Positions 34,603-47,185 of a stretch of 64,000 bases of DNA are shown piece by piece. A program made the translations under genes and the position numbers. The notes below the pieces were generated by a model. That model was given only the letters and a program-made list of their open reading frames with translations, searched no databases and was not told the origin of the DNA. The DNA is from Plasmodiophora brassicae (lineage: Eukaryota): positions 992,001-1,056,000 of the forward strand of contig CP145418.1 of assembly GCA_036867785.1 (NCBI GenBank). The letters are read 5' to 3'. Position 1 is the first letter of the stretch, and every line of letters begins with the position of its first letter.

Positions 34603-36513
34603 ATGTCCGCGGATCCGGCTGCCTCGGTGCAGGCCTGGGCGTCGTCGATGGGCTGCCCCGTGTCCGCCCCGGACGGCGTCGCGCTGGGCCGCCTGGCACG
34701 CGGCCACGGGGCGCGCCTGCTCCGTCTCCTCGTGGAGCACGTGCGACCGACGCGACAGGTGGCGCACGTCAACGCCGTGCTGGCGCTGCACGGCGCCGGG
34801 GGCGACGACGACGACGACGACGACGACGCCGGCGATGCCGTGGCGAGGTTGCGGGCGGCCCGGGAGCGCAACGACTTCCTGCGGCGGTCGATTCGGGCGA
34901 CGCAGCGCGAGCTCCAGCACCAGGCCGAGGCGCAGACGCAGATGCGGGAGCGGGTTCGACAGGTGACGATCGGGGCGATCGCGCTGGAGGTCTGCGCGGC
35001 CCGGGCGCAGGCGAACGCGTTCGACGGCCTGGCGGTGCAAGTGGGGGCGGCGCTGGGCACGCCCGACGACGACAACGCTGCTGTGCGGCCGGATAGGGTG
35101 ATGCGACTCGATGGCACAGGGCGACTGCGAGCCTGCGATCCCGTCTCCGATGCGATTGCCAATGTGCACGACGCGTTGACCCAGGACCGTTCCGCCGATG
35201 GCCTGCCGCCGGGCACGACCCTGCCGACGTCATCCGTGGTCGATGATTTCTGCAAGGCGATTCAGGGCGAGACGTCGCGGATTCAGGCGTCGGATCGGGG
35301 CGACGCCCCCGTCGACGACGTTGAGGGGCCGGGCGAGGAACAGCCGCTGACGCTGCAGGTGCTGATGCAGCAATCCAGGAGCGCTCACATCGACCGGTTC
35401 TCGAAGACGCTCCGCGCGCTGAACCGTGCCGCCGACGTCGAGTCGCAACTCGAAGGCGGAGGCGGGGCCTGCTCCACCGTCGTCGCGAAGCGGGCCGCAC
35501 TGGAGTGCCTTCGGAAGGTCGGCGAAATCGTTGCGGTCGCGTTCATCAGGGTACTGAGGCCTGTTGCCAGCATGTCAGCAGACTGGAGTCGGAGCTCGCC
35601 GCCGCGGAGGAGAACCATCGTGTGCTGACCGAATGCGACACGACGATCGCGCGGTTGGACGGGGAGAAGCGTGATCTTCAACAGGCGCTGATGAGGTCGG
35701 GACCGTCGTGTCGTGGCTGCAGCGACCCGTCGTTTAATGTGATTGGCGAGCAGCGTTATCAAGGGCAACCGTCAGATGCGGTCCGACCTGCTGGCGCTCT
35801 TCCGACAATGCAGTGACCGGGATCGTGGCCTGCTGGATGAGCGCGTATCGACGCTAGCGCAGGCTGTGGAGCGCATGGCGCAGTCGATGCAGGTTGAGAT
35901 GAAGGCGCTGCTGGGAATCGTTGACGGGATTCAGTGGAGACGATGTGCTCCTGGGTGGAAGGTCGTTGCCGAGGCGTTACAGTTACGCCCCAGCCATACG
36001 CCGGAGCCGCTGGCCTTGCTGATGGCGATCGCCAACGTGCACGACCGCAGAGGAATGTTCCTGCTGGAGAAACGCATTGACGGCGGCGCAAGGGATCGTG
36101 CGGAACCCGTCCAAGTCTCAACGGTTGACGGTCAGTCGACTCGAATGTCGCATCACGCCTCAGAGTGTCGCTCAGCAATATCGCCTACAGATATCAGGAA
36201 AGAGTTTGAAGAGTACAGAGAATTCGTCCAGCACAAAGTCGTGGACAAGACCCTGGCCGACATAAGCGGCAGGCTATGCCAGGCGAACAAGTTGGCCGAT
36301 TTACATGAGCAGCTGCTGCGGGAATGGCAAGTCGTGGTGCCCACCGCAGCGCGCGCCTCGCGTTAACCATTGCATTGTAGGTGGGAGCAACCGGCACAGT
36401 TCACTGTTCCGGAGGAGCAGCGTTCCGGTTTGAATATCAAGCAGTGGATCGAACGGCGCAGGAAGCTCATCGACAAGCTCAGGGACCAGCGGCTCACACT
36501 GGGCGCTTCCTAG
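34603..36513 (+). CDS. HAUS5: Augmin/HAUS subunit 5-like protein
   Basis: N-terminus WASSMG...LGRLARGHGARLLRLLVEHVRPTRQV and C-terminus EW^WEQPAQFTVPEEQRSGLNIKQWIER both match HAUS5. Confidence 0.75.
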
Positions 36514-36592
36514 GCGGATACACTGCATGTATATTGCAATGGTTAACAGGGGTGTTATTAATGGATCCGAAACGACTTGTAGCTAGTTAAGC

Positions 36593-37520
36593 CTACGTGT
36601 AGGCCTCCGGCTTCAGAACGCCTATGAACGGAAGACACCGGTACTCTGCCATTGTACGATCAGTCGGGCGGAACGGGAAATTCGTTAACACGGGGTTCCA
36701 TACCTCGGTGTAGGTCCATCCCATAACCAACAACGAACTCATCGGGGCATTCCCACCCAATGTAGTCGACTTTGACGTTTACGACGCGCTTAACCGCCTT
36801 ATCGAGAAGGCATGCGATTCGGATCGACTTGGCCTTCTTATGCTCGAAGTGCTTCTTCAGCCAGTGCAGCGTGTTGCCTGTATCGATGAGATCCTCGACG
36901 ATCAACACGTGGCGTCCTTCCGGGTCAATCGACAGATCCTTCTTCAGCATTACCTGCATGGAACGCTACCGTAAACGAAAGCCGATGGCCAGCAGCCGGG
37001 TCCACATCGCACCGTTCCCGAACTTTGTGTGCCGTGGTAAGACGACAACGCCATGAAGTCGAGCTCATTCGGAACCGTGACATAGCGCAGCAGGTCGGCG
37101 CAGAACATGACCGCTCCGTTGAGCAACCCGACAGCGATGAACTTCTCCCCCCGGTAGTCTATACGTGCAGAGGTTACGCCACAGATGTCGGTGACCGATT
37201 CCCCCAGTTCGGCCGACCTTGACTGATCTGCTGCGCCAGCTCCCTGACGCGGTCCTGTATCTCACACCCGGTCCATAGCACCTTCTCAATGTTCCGGGAC
37301 CACTCCGGAACGCATGGCCCAATGCTATGCATACCGGGTCACGACCAACTCCAGCGAATTACGCCCGTGCCTACGTCTGAAGTTTCTCCTCGGGCGTCAT
37401 CTCCGACTCCTCCGCCATCGACGCCGCCTCCAGGCGGGGCAGGCGGCTCTGCAGCATGTTCGAAAAGTCGTGCAGGGACGACAGGAACGCCCTGTCGATG
37501 GCAAACTTGTCCGGCGCCAT
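36593..37520 (-). CDS. HPRT: Hypoxanthine-guanine phosphoribosyltransferase with an N-terminal extension
   Basis: IEKVLW, GLLNGAVMFCADLL, VLIVEDLIDTGNTL (PRPP motif), LLDK, EFVVGYGMD and YRCLPFIGVLKPEAY*. Confidence 0.95.
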
Positions 37521-37673
37521 CAGGGTTCGGGGACGACCCCGGCACGGTCACACGCGTCGCTGACTCTCTCCGGGGGCGCCGTGTGCGGTGCGCACTGTCG
37601 CGCGGACGCGCCCCCGCCTTCAACTCGGCCGAGCACGCGGTGCATCTCCCGCCGAGCGGGGTATGTATGGACG

Positions 37674-40600
37674 TTACAACGTGGCGACATTGTCGTTGAC
37701 GAGGAGTTGCAAGGTGGGCAGGTCGGCGTCCACGGGTACCATGCCGAGCAGGGCGCGCGTCTGCGATGCGTGTTGCTCGAGCTGCGCCAGCGCCGGGCGG
37801 AACACGTTCACGTATGCGAGCGTGACGGCGGCGACAAACCCTGGGGCCGACGTTATCAGCGACCACGGTACGAACAGCGGCAGAGAAGCGTACCGGCGAC
37901 CAGGAACAGGACCAGGCGTCTGAATTGCTGCATGGACGCAGAGGACAGGCTGTCGGAGAAGTCGGCCTCTGACACGCGTAACGCGTCGAACAGGTACGAT
38001 CGCTGCAGGGTATCGACCATGACCAGGTCTGGCATTGACAGCAGCGACGTCTGGACATCGCGGCGCCTGCAATCAACGGCGGCGCAGGTGGCGACGATCT
38101 CCGACAGCGCCACCTGCGCCAGGTCGACGTACTCGAGCACGGCGCTGTGCAGGCCGGACGACATGACCCCTGGAGCAGCCCCGTCACGTCGAGGTGTGCC
38201 TTGGCGCGCAACGTGCCCACAAACCGTTGTCGAACGATGGGCAATGCGGCGCCTGTCCGGTGGCGTCGATACACGCCGACTGATACAGCAGCCCGTCTTG
38301 CAGCGTCGACGTATCGTACACGGTGCCTGATACGGTTGTTAGAACGTCGACCTCAGAGGCCGGACGACATCGCCCGTACCTGGCATTTGCGGCATCGCAC
38401 TGCCATACGTCAGCTGTCGATGCAGATGGGCGAACTCGTCGATCTTGTCCCGCACCTACGCCGTCATGAGTCAGTCAGGGTCGCCCCACACCCAGTTTCG
38501 AAGGCCATACGGCTCCCGGCGACGTCTGCAGGAAGGTCGAGGTCGGTGTGGCGAGCACACGTAGGAGCAGCGCGATCTCTAAGCAGGCCAGGGACCTGGT
38601 CATGCCCGGATGAGTCGCGAACGGCACCCGTTCACATGCCAGTACCGATCGGATGACGCCTGGACCTGCGGTGGCGCCAGCTTCATGGTGCCCGAGATGT
38701 TCGCGTACGCCGCGTACCACAGGACGATCAGGAAGACGACCATCAGGATGAACGGCAGCGCCAGACGCGCCCACATCTGCCACAGGTGGGCGTACCGTCG
38801 CTGACGCGCCGCCCGCGTCAACCGCTCCATCTGCGAGAACGTTCGCTCTGTGCCAGTACGACCGTCAGTAACAGCTTCCTGCCAACCGACCCGGCAACCC
38901 GACCTTTCATAGCGGAGATCCCGTTCTCCAGCATCGCCTCCGTACCCCCAGCTCGAGCCGACGCTCTCGACAACTTCTTGCCAACGATCTGCATTGGCAC
39001 CTGTACGACCACGTTTGAATGCAAATGCCAGCTCCTGTTGATGCGTTGCCGACCTTGAGGAACTGGCCAGCGACCTTGTTACGGATGGTCTCGACGTGGA
39101 CGATGGGGTCGCGTAGCGTGATGACGCAAACGCAGGCGATGGCAATGGTGATGGTGACGGCCGCGATCTGGGCACCTGTCTGCATCGACGCGACCTGACT
39201 GGCGGCGTCGCTCTCGAACCCAACAACACTGGCGTCCATCCGATCCAGGACGCTACCGACGAACGACGTACGCAGGACCTGTACGTACGTTAAGTAGGGG
39301 CACACTGCACCTGTAGCAGCAACACGGTACCTCGTCCAAGTCGGAGGTGACATTGGACAGCGCCACCGTCGCCACCTGGACGGCACGTCGCGACCGCGCC
39401 ACCACCAACCGATCGATGTCGAACAGCGAGTACGACACGTTGACGACCGACACGTCGACAACGTCGGTGACGTCAACGCCCGTCCCGAACACGACCCTAC
39501 CACCAGCGTATACCATTCATGTGTGTACGTTCAAACCATCACCGTTTCTGACCCGTTCTGCGACATGGCATTGTAGGAATCAGTGGCCAGATTTGAATCC
39601 ACGTTCACCAACATGGTCGCGTACGTGCCCAGGTCCTGCAATGTGGCCGACAGGGTTGCCGCTCTGCCACGATGGTGAGATTCGACAACCAGCAATGGCA
39701 CGACGTTACGGGAGGATGCCCTGCTGGATGAGTTGCAGGGCGTGGGCGTCGCGAGCAATGCTGACCATGGCGATACGACGGGTACCCGCCAGGCTGACGT
39801 ACACGTTACGGGCGACGAACACGGTCAGCAGCGTGCTGTTGACGTAGGCGATCAGGACGATGAACAGAAGGATGACGACGATGGCGGTCCCGATCACAAC
39901 CCGACGAACGCGTCTGATCGGTGCCGGCGATCGGCCTAGGACTTCCTGTCCACCAACACTGATTACCAATGACACGAAGAGATGCCCAACGGACACCAGG
40001 TACCCGTCGCCAGATCGCGTCAATGTTGCTGAGGTACTGCCATCGTGCAGTGGATGTGTCAGACAGGCCCGACGCCGCCGACGAGCGTGCTGGCAAATCC
40101 TTCGCGGTGGAGGGCCCCGATAGGGCCGCCTCCTGAACGGTGGGTGTTGCCGGTCCAGCGGCCCGTCCCTGAACGGCATCATCTTCGTCGCTGGCAGACG
40201 GTTCCAACGATGGTTCTTGTTGGGACGCGCTGTTTTCCAGAGGCTGTTCACTGCTGACGCTCGTCTTATCATCACCCGGGTCGCTATCGTTGTGCTCCTG
40301 GACGCAAATGAGTATTTGGGGGGGGACACGTGCTGTGAAGGACATACCGCCCGTTCTTCATCGAGGCGCTGCAATTCAGCCAGGTACCGCGAGGCCAGCA
40401 CCTGGTCGGCAGCGTAATCGGGCCCCAATTGCGCTGCCGCGGTTCCCTGTTGCCGGTCGGCGTCGTCGACGACTGTTAACGTGACATGATCGACGTGCAG
40501 CGACTGCCCATAGGCAACGGTTCTATCCACCTGAACACGACATTGCCGGTGGTTCCCAACTGACATCGAAGCAACAATCCTGCACGTCGTCAGTTCGTCC

Positions 40601-43600
40601 ATGGCATCGACGTGGGCGGCACCACGAACCCGTTGGGCGCCAGTAACGCGTCGCGGTCAGTGAAATAGTTCGGAACGAGATCCGTTATCTGACACCTGAA
40701 ATCAGCATTGCGGCCGTAGGTACAATACGGCGCTGACGTTGGATTGGGGCGTACGCCCTTGCCAGATGGTGTCGATGCCTTCACCGACAGCGTAGACTCG
40801 CCCGTTATCGTTGCCGACGATGAGCAGGGCGGATTGCGACCCCGTTTCCCTCGCGGACGATAACGACGATGCTATCGAAGATCGTCGCGAGTCGATAGTC
40901 CAATGGTGTGCCCCCTCGGCACGTTCGGTCACAATGGCCAGGACGGCGAGCGACGATCCGAACTGTGAGAAGGCGCGCAAGATGACGCTAACAGGCAGTA
41001 AGTGCCCGTTAGCATGCAGGGCAAGCATCCGGATCTCGCCATGATTCAAGAGGGCATGCCGCCCTGCTCGTAGGTTACCTCTCATCAGAGCTAGGCATCC
41101 GTCAGTGGACTGAACCTTCTCAACCGGTTTGGTGTACCATCGTGCACGTCAGCATACGGCGGCGGGATGAGCATGCCGATATTAGAGCCAACTAGATCGC
41201 GCTCGGCCTGCCCGAACATGGTCTGGAGCCTGTGGTTGACTTGCAGGATGCGACCTATGGCGTCGTTGAGCAGAGGACCATCGCGAGGAATCTTGATCAA
41301 CCTTACCAAACGTTGAATCTGCAATCGACACGACGACGACGCCGTTCGACTCGGCCCCGAGAGCATCCTTGAACCTTGCCACAGTGACGTCATTGCCATG
41401 TTGGAAATCACCTGCAGCAGGATCCCCTTCGGTATTCAAACCGCTATGCCGCGTCTGCCATAACGAGGATTGGACCGCCGTTGACGACTGAACCTTCCTA
41501 GTACCTGTCGCAGGGTGCTGGGCGTGGTGGCGACGTTGGGTTTCGCTGCGTGCCGTTCCTGTTTAAGCAGGTCGTGAACGCGACTCTCGATGACGGCCGC
41601 CCGGCCCTCATTATGCGGTTCGAACTCTCGCAGAAAGGACACGAACCGAAGCATGACGTTCTGTGAACGCGTTCACAAGAGGAACATAGGGGCCATTCGC
41701 AGACGTACCGTGTCAGTACGTCTGAGTTTGATGGCGTTATCGTAGTGCGACTGGGCGCTGATGGCCGCTCGTCGAATGTGCAAAGCATGGCGCTGGATAT
41801 CGTCTAACGCAGGGTCGGGCTTTGACAGCTCCCTCCAGAACCTGATGACCGGGTCAGATCTGGACTCGCTGATCACAAGCCTTCGTACGCTAGCTGAAGG
41901 TCTGTAGCACGGTCATCGCATGCGATGGCATTCGTGGCATGCATTTCACCGAACACGTAGGCGACAATCTCCCGCGTGCATGCCTATGGTCACAAAGACA
42001 TTGGCAACGCGAATCGCCCGGGACAAATGGTGGGACCGACATCGGCCATCAGCGTGTCCATGGACAGGGATCGTTGCCTGTATATCAGGAATTGGACGTC
42101 GAGCAGAGGCACCAACGCGTCTGCCTTCTCCAGCAGGTTGTAACCCTGTGTGATTCGGGAACCCATTGGAGTGCGCCTAATGCCAACACAGACCGACCGA
42201 CCTGATACAGGTTGCCGACAAACTCAAATGTGAATAGCGCCTAACGAGGTGAAACTCTAAGAGATAGGACGAGAAGGACGGATTCGACTCGATCTGACCT
42301 GGAACCAGATGAAGAGCGGACTGTCGTGGAACTTTCCACAAGTGTCGCCGAACAATGCACCGACTTCTTGGACGGCGGCCGTCTGAGCACTAGATGCCTC
42401 GTCCCGGCTTGCATCCTGCAATGCGAACCGAGCCCGCATCTCCACCTCCAAACTAGGCTGCCGTCGTTGGCGACTGATCGTTGACAATGTCGTTCCCCTC
42501 CGACCTGTTCTTCAGCTTGTCGAAAGGCGTTGCCAGAACCTGCGCCCGACGCATATGCACCAGCACGTAAGTAACGACGACGACGACAGGTGAGGTCGCA
42601 ATGAACGCCAGCGTTGGCCCGAGGCCTGCTGTCGTCGACTAGACGATCATCGTCATCTCACCAGACGGAAGATCCGTCAACGTGAACGCATACCTCGGCG
42701 TTCGTAACCAGCAGGCAGATGGCCGCCCAGGTCACCATCCACAGGAAAGCCGCCCGAGCGACAACGAATTCAGTCCTGCGGCATACCGATGGTCAGCAAC
42801 GGCAACTGGACATTGTTGTCGTTCCCCCTGCCTATAAAACGGAATGTAACTGGTATACGCGAACGCTGTCCCAGCCGACGCTACGCCAACCAGGGCAAGG
42901 ACGACGTTCGGCGTCCATGACGATTGCAGCAGGACGGCGACGAACACGGTTCGAAAGACGATGCCGTACAACAGCTCGAACCGAGAATGCGCTGGAATCA
43001 TCGGTAACTTATTAATAATACGCGCATGAGAAGCGAAACGAAACGAGACGTACGTCGGGCCAGAGGGTCACGTGACGTGGACAGGGCGACATCGTAATTG
43101 GTTACCAGCATAAGGGCGGTGGCCAGCAACAGAACGATCACCGTGATCAGGGCGACCATGGAGCTCTGAAGGGAGCCGCCCTGGAAGCAGGTCGGGCATA
43201 CGACAGCCTGTGACCAGGGTCGGCCACTATACGAGAAAGGTGGTGATCGAGATACAGACCTGCAGCAGGGGGACGAGTAACGGAATGAAGAGAACACTGG
43301 TGACCAGGGACGAGCAAACACGCAGGAGTTTGGTGGCCCATGACAGGTGCAATCGCATACGGGTGACGATAACGACAACGGTGACGTTCCCGACGAAGAT
43401 GGCCGAGATGGTGATCGTGGTGGCCAGGCTCCCGAATACGAGGGTCTGCAGCAGGAACGGCTGCAGAATCGGTGATGCGGCGTGCGCCAACGGAGGGTAC
43501 CACGGTAGATCAGATGACAACATCAGGCCTGCCATCTATCGGACGAGGGGATAAGAGCAGCGAGTAGTAAGCCTGCTCGCTGACGCACCTGGACGAATTC

Positions 43601-43798
43601 GACGGCGAACGCGATGGCGATAAGGGTGGGACTGGGTCGCGCCGCTCGCGATTGCATGAGCATGGCCTGGAAAATGGCCTGCGTCGTCGCCGAGTACGAC
43701 GTCGCCGATGCCTGATGGTGTTGTGTCCGATTTCGGGCATCGCTGCCTGTTCCCCCTCCTGTTCCCCGTCCCGACCATTGCGCTTTCGTTGCCGCCAT
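37674..43798 (-). CDS. Large multi-pass membrane protein with TPR-like region and PAS domain (TmcB/TmcC-like), many introns
   Basis: N-terminal TM bundle; FWREL..PDP...I...A..HY; PAS motif GRILQVNHRLQTMFGQAERDLVGSNIGMLIPPPYADVHD and ALHANGHLLPV; later TM pairs; C-terminus VFRPALAQLEQHASQTRALLGMVP. The single-gene model is inferred. Confidence 0.7.
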
Positions 43799-44118
43799 CG
43801 TGTCTGGGACCGGTTGCAGGTCCGTCAGGGACTGTCATGCAGAGTGCAGCCGATCGTTCATGGACGTCGCGCGCGATCGTCCGTGACCAGTGAATATTAG
43901 GGCAAGGCGCCGGCATGATTCGCCACATGACAAACAGAATCGTTTGGTATAGTTCGCCACATGACCAACGAAATTTGTTTATAGGTCGTCTTGCTGTCAG
44001 GCCGAATGGTGAAATTGTGCGCACGACGGCCACTGTTCAAGGCAGCGCAGCCTCGGGACCTGTGCCGAGCTGTGTAACGGCGGGGCGGGACGGTGCAGCA
44101 TCTGATGGTTAGTGCAGC

Positions 44119-44937
44119 ATGGCGACGGCAATGTCGGCTAGGCTGCGGGCCAGCACGGATGAGGAGTCGTTCTACGAGTTCCAGGCATGGTCGAATGTGC
44201 TGCGACAGCGGCTGATCGCCGAGGAGAAGCGCGTGCGCGATCAGGGGGTCCGCGAGCGGATGAAACAGCGCGCCGAGCAGCGCCTGATGCGAAGGCTCAG
44301 CGAAGATCGAGCGGAAGGTGAAGCGTCGATATCCAGGAACGGCGAGCTGTCATCGGTTCCGAACGGCTATGCATCGGAGAGTTCCGGCCACGAAAGTGAT
44401 TCTGAGCCGTCGGCAGACGAGGGTAGCGAAAGGAATCGAGTCCGGAATCGGCCGACGGTTCGCAAGCGCAAGCTGCTGCGCAAACCGAACCAGACTCCAA
44501 AGAAGGCACCGCGACCCATTGCACCGTCGATGTTGTTGGACCCTGTGCGAGCACCGCGCCGCCTGGACTCGTCAGCGACCTGCTGTACACTACTCTAAAT
44601 TAACTAAATGGCTCTATGTGCTTGCTTTGGCCCACAGGGTAAACCGGGTACGCACTCGACACGGTCTGGCGATTCTGCTGGTGCTCTGTGGATAGGGATA
44701 AACCGCCTCCTCACGGTAATGTTACTGAGGAAGCAGGCCAGGGCCGCTCGACGATTGGAAGGCGCAGACAAGGTTGCCACGTACATGAACGATTGTTTGG
44801 TCAGTATTCCAACAAGACGCATGAATGACACCGCACGCATGGGCCAGGCGCCGGGGGGTACGATACAGGACGCGCGGCGGGCATCTATCAACACTGTTTA
44901 TAACGCGGGTATGCACCCGGGGGACTATATGGGCTAA
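44119..44937 (+). CDS. Hypothetical charged/basic protein, probably 2 exons
   Basis: ATG ORF with a coiled segment and a basic cluster RKRKLLRK, then a GT..CTAA..CAG intron leading to a second exon. Confidence 0.45.
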
Positions 44938-45658
44938 CGTGTCGTCCCTGCTGCTGGTTCTGGATAAACCCGCCATACGGATTCCCATAGTACAGATCGG
45001 CGGGCGCATAGTCGGCCGTCGCTGACGGATAGGAACGACGGTCAGGGTAGAACGCGTCTTCACGGTACCGTTTCTGAGGAGGCGGTTCAGGGTCGTTCAA
45101 ACGGCTGGACGGAACTGAATAGCCGTAATCAGGGGCCGAGTACGGATCCACTGGTCGGTTACGATGTCGCAATGGCGGGCCGGACGGCGGTGGTCCTCTT
45201 CGATTAGGGTTGCCCAAGGCGGCCAGGTGGACGGTAGCAGTCCGGTCTCGGATCCGTTTCTCGGGCACAGCCAGAGCAGCCTCAGCAGCGTCCGCATCCT
45301 GGAACGTGACGAACCCGAACCCTTTACAAACTTGCGTCCCCCGCTCCTTCATGACCACGGCCTCATCGATCTGGCCGAACACGGCAAACGCATTGTACAG
45401 GTCGTCATTGGAACAATCTCGGGACAGGCCCCGAACGAACAGTCGTCTCAAGGATGAATCTGACCGCAACGACCTGCGAAGATAGTCCTGGACGTCCGGA
45501 TGCGTCACGGCCACATCCGTAAGCAGATCCACCAGCCGCGAATGCTCCAACGTTGTCAGCATATCGCGCAGTCGTCCAGCATGGGCCGTGGACGTTGACA
45601 TTGTCATTGACCCCGCCTTGCCACCGTCCGCTGCGATCGCGTTCTCGTCCGCCGTCAT
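44888..45658 (-). CDS. RRM protein, UBP1-associated protein 2 (UBA2)-like
   Basis: LVDLL...HPDV N-terminal motif, RNP2 LFVRGL and RNP1 KGFGFVTF, Pro/Tyr-rich tail. Confidence 0.85.
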   Translation of the reverse strand: MTADENAIAADGGKAGSMTMSTSTAHAGRLRDMLTTLEHSRLVDLLTDVAVTHPDVQDYLRRSLRSDSSLRRLFVRGLSRDCSNDDLYNAFAVFGQIDEAVVMKERGTQVCKGFGFVTFQDADAAEAALAVPEKRIRDRTATVHLAALGNPNRRGPPPSGPPLRHRNRPVDPYSAPDYGYSVPSSRLNDPEPPPQKRYREDAFYPDRRSYPSATADYAPADLYYGNPYGGFIQNQQQGRHVSPYSPPGAYPRYKQC

Positions 45659-45924
45659 GTTCGCTGCATTCGACGAACCACCAAATGGCCCACAGTCGTC
45701 ACGGACTTACGAGTTACGACCTGTCGAGCCTGTCGTGGACGAGTCGTGGCCAATCTTCGGCACAAAAAATCTCCAGTCGTGGCACAATATTCTTCTTCGT
45801 CATCAGCCCGCTCCCACTTGGACATGGCCATTGTTTCAGTCGACCATGGTCGGGCGCTGGCGTCGATTGCGCCATGTGGCCAGCGGGCGGCCGTATTCGG
45901 CCGTGCGCGCGGAGATTGCGGTGG

Positions 45925-46579
45925 ATGGATGTTCTCGTCGACTGCCTCGAGTGCTGTGTCCAAGAGGTGCTATATCAGCGTGGCGTATACGCCCAGGAAT
46001 GTTTCGTCGTTGAGAGGCACATGGACAACGTGCCTGTGCACTGTCTGAACCCCAAGACATGCCGCTCCGCTCGAGGCTACATTCGCTCTTGGGTACCCAC
46101 CTTATTGTCTGCTCGTGTGCACTCCTCCTGATACCGTATTTGGAAAGATAGGCTCATTGGGATCATACTTGAGCGCGGGCCATATTCAGACGTTATCCAT
46201 AGCATTGTACAGCGATGGTCGGGCGTTTGAGGTGCATGACCTTAGATTCACTGGACAATTCAACGTCAGTGACGCCGCAACGACAAGGACGCTGTGCGAA
46301 CAGGCATCCGACTTACTCCGACGAGTCATGCTGATGCGCGCCACCATGTTGCAGCCCCCTACCGGCACCAAGATCACGTACCGTCTCCTGGCATCGCTGG
46401 CATCTGATGCTGACTCCCGCCCGCTCACTAGCGCCACATCTAATCGCCAATGGGTATGCGATGATCGCACCGAACTAGACATGCGACTCGGCGATGCAGA
46501 TACCGAGGCGACTCCCGTTCGAACCGTTGCCGTTCGCCAGTTCCGAATGGCCATGGTCGCCCGACAACTTCCTCCATAA
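45925..46579 (+). CDS. REV7: HORMA-domain protein REV7/MAD2L2-like
   Basis: DVLVDCLECCVQEVLYQRGVYAQECF....NVPVH matches the REV7 N-terminus; C-terminal TPVRTV. The start may lie slightly upstream. Confidence 0.75.
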
Positions 46580-46632
46580 AATACAAGCACATTCGCCATG
46601 AGTACATTGAATTGTCGCGGGTATGCGGCTTG

Positions 46633-47018
46633 CTATGCGCCTGGCGCCTGGGCCATGGCCGCCTGCTGCTGTTGCATCTGGAGCGTTTCCTCGCGCAACT
46701 TCAGGCCGACCTGATTCTGCACCTGCATGTACTTCATCACGCATCGGTCCACACAGCTCATCTCGCCCACGTTCAGGTCCGGGTCGACCATCTTTCCCAT
46801 GCATTTCGCGAAGCACATATCACTCATCCTACCACACGTTAGTCACAGCACGGCCACGTCGCACACGTTCCCCACCTGTTGAACATATCGGTGACCGCTT
46901 CGATCTGATACCGCGCCTCCTTGATGCCCTGCGTCTCGAATTCGGCAGGCACATTGGCCGACGTCGCCGCCGGCGCCGGGTCCTCGGACGCCGTCGGCTT
47001 CTTCGACCAGAAGCTCAT
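46633..47018 (-). CDS. TIM10: Mitochondrial small Tim chaperone Tim10, 2 exons
   Basis: IEAVTDMFN^RMSDMCFAKC...LNVGEMSCVDRCVMKY, a twin CX3C motif. Confidence 0.9.
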
Positions 47019-47185
47019 TGCGGACTGTCCGTACAGTCAAATCTGCAAGACAGCGTCCGTCGTGATTGGCATCGCGACGGCCACGGCTCCCCACTCAACA
47101 TTCCTAGAGACAGCGGCGCCGTCTGCCAAGTTGAAGCTGCAGAGCGACATCGTCGGCACAATCCAAGTTGCTGTGTGGGTGACGC

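Noticed and set aside
34803-34828. (GAC)n trinucleotide run
   Set aside because: It is an ordinary poly-Asp linker within the HAUS5 coding sequence.
37339-38330. Long Arg-rich ORFs on both strands
   Set aside because: They are off-frame reads over the last exons of the Tmc-like gene and the first exon of HPRT.
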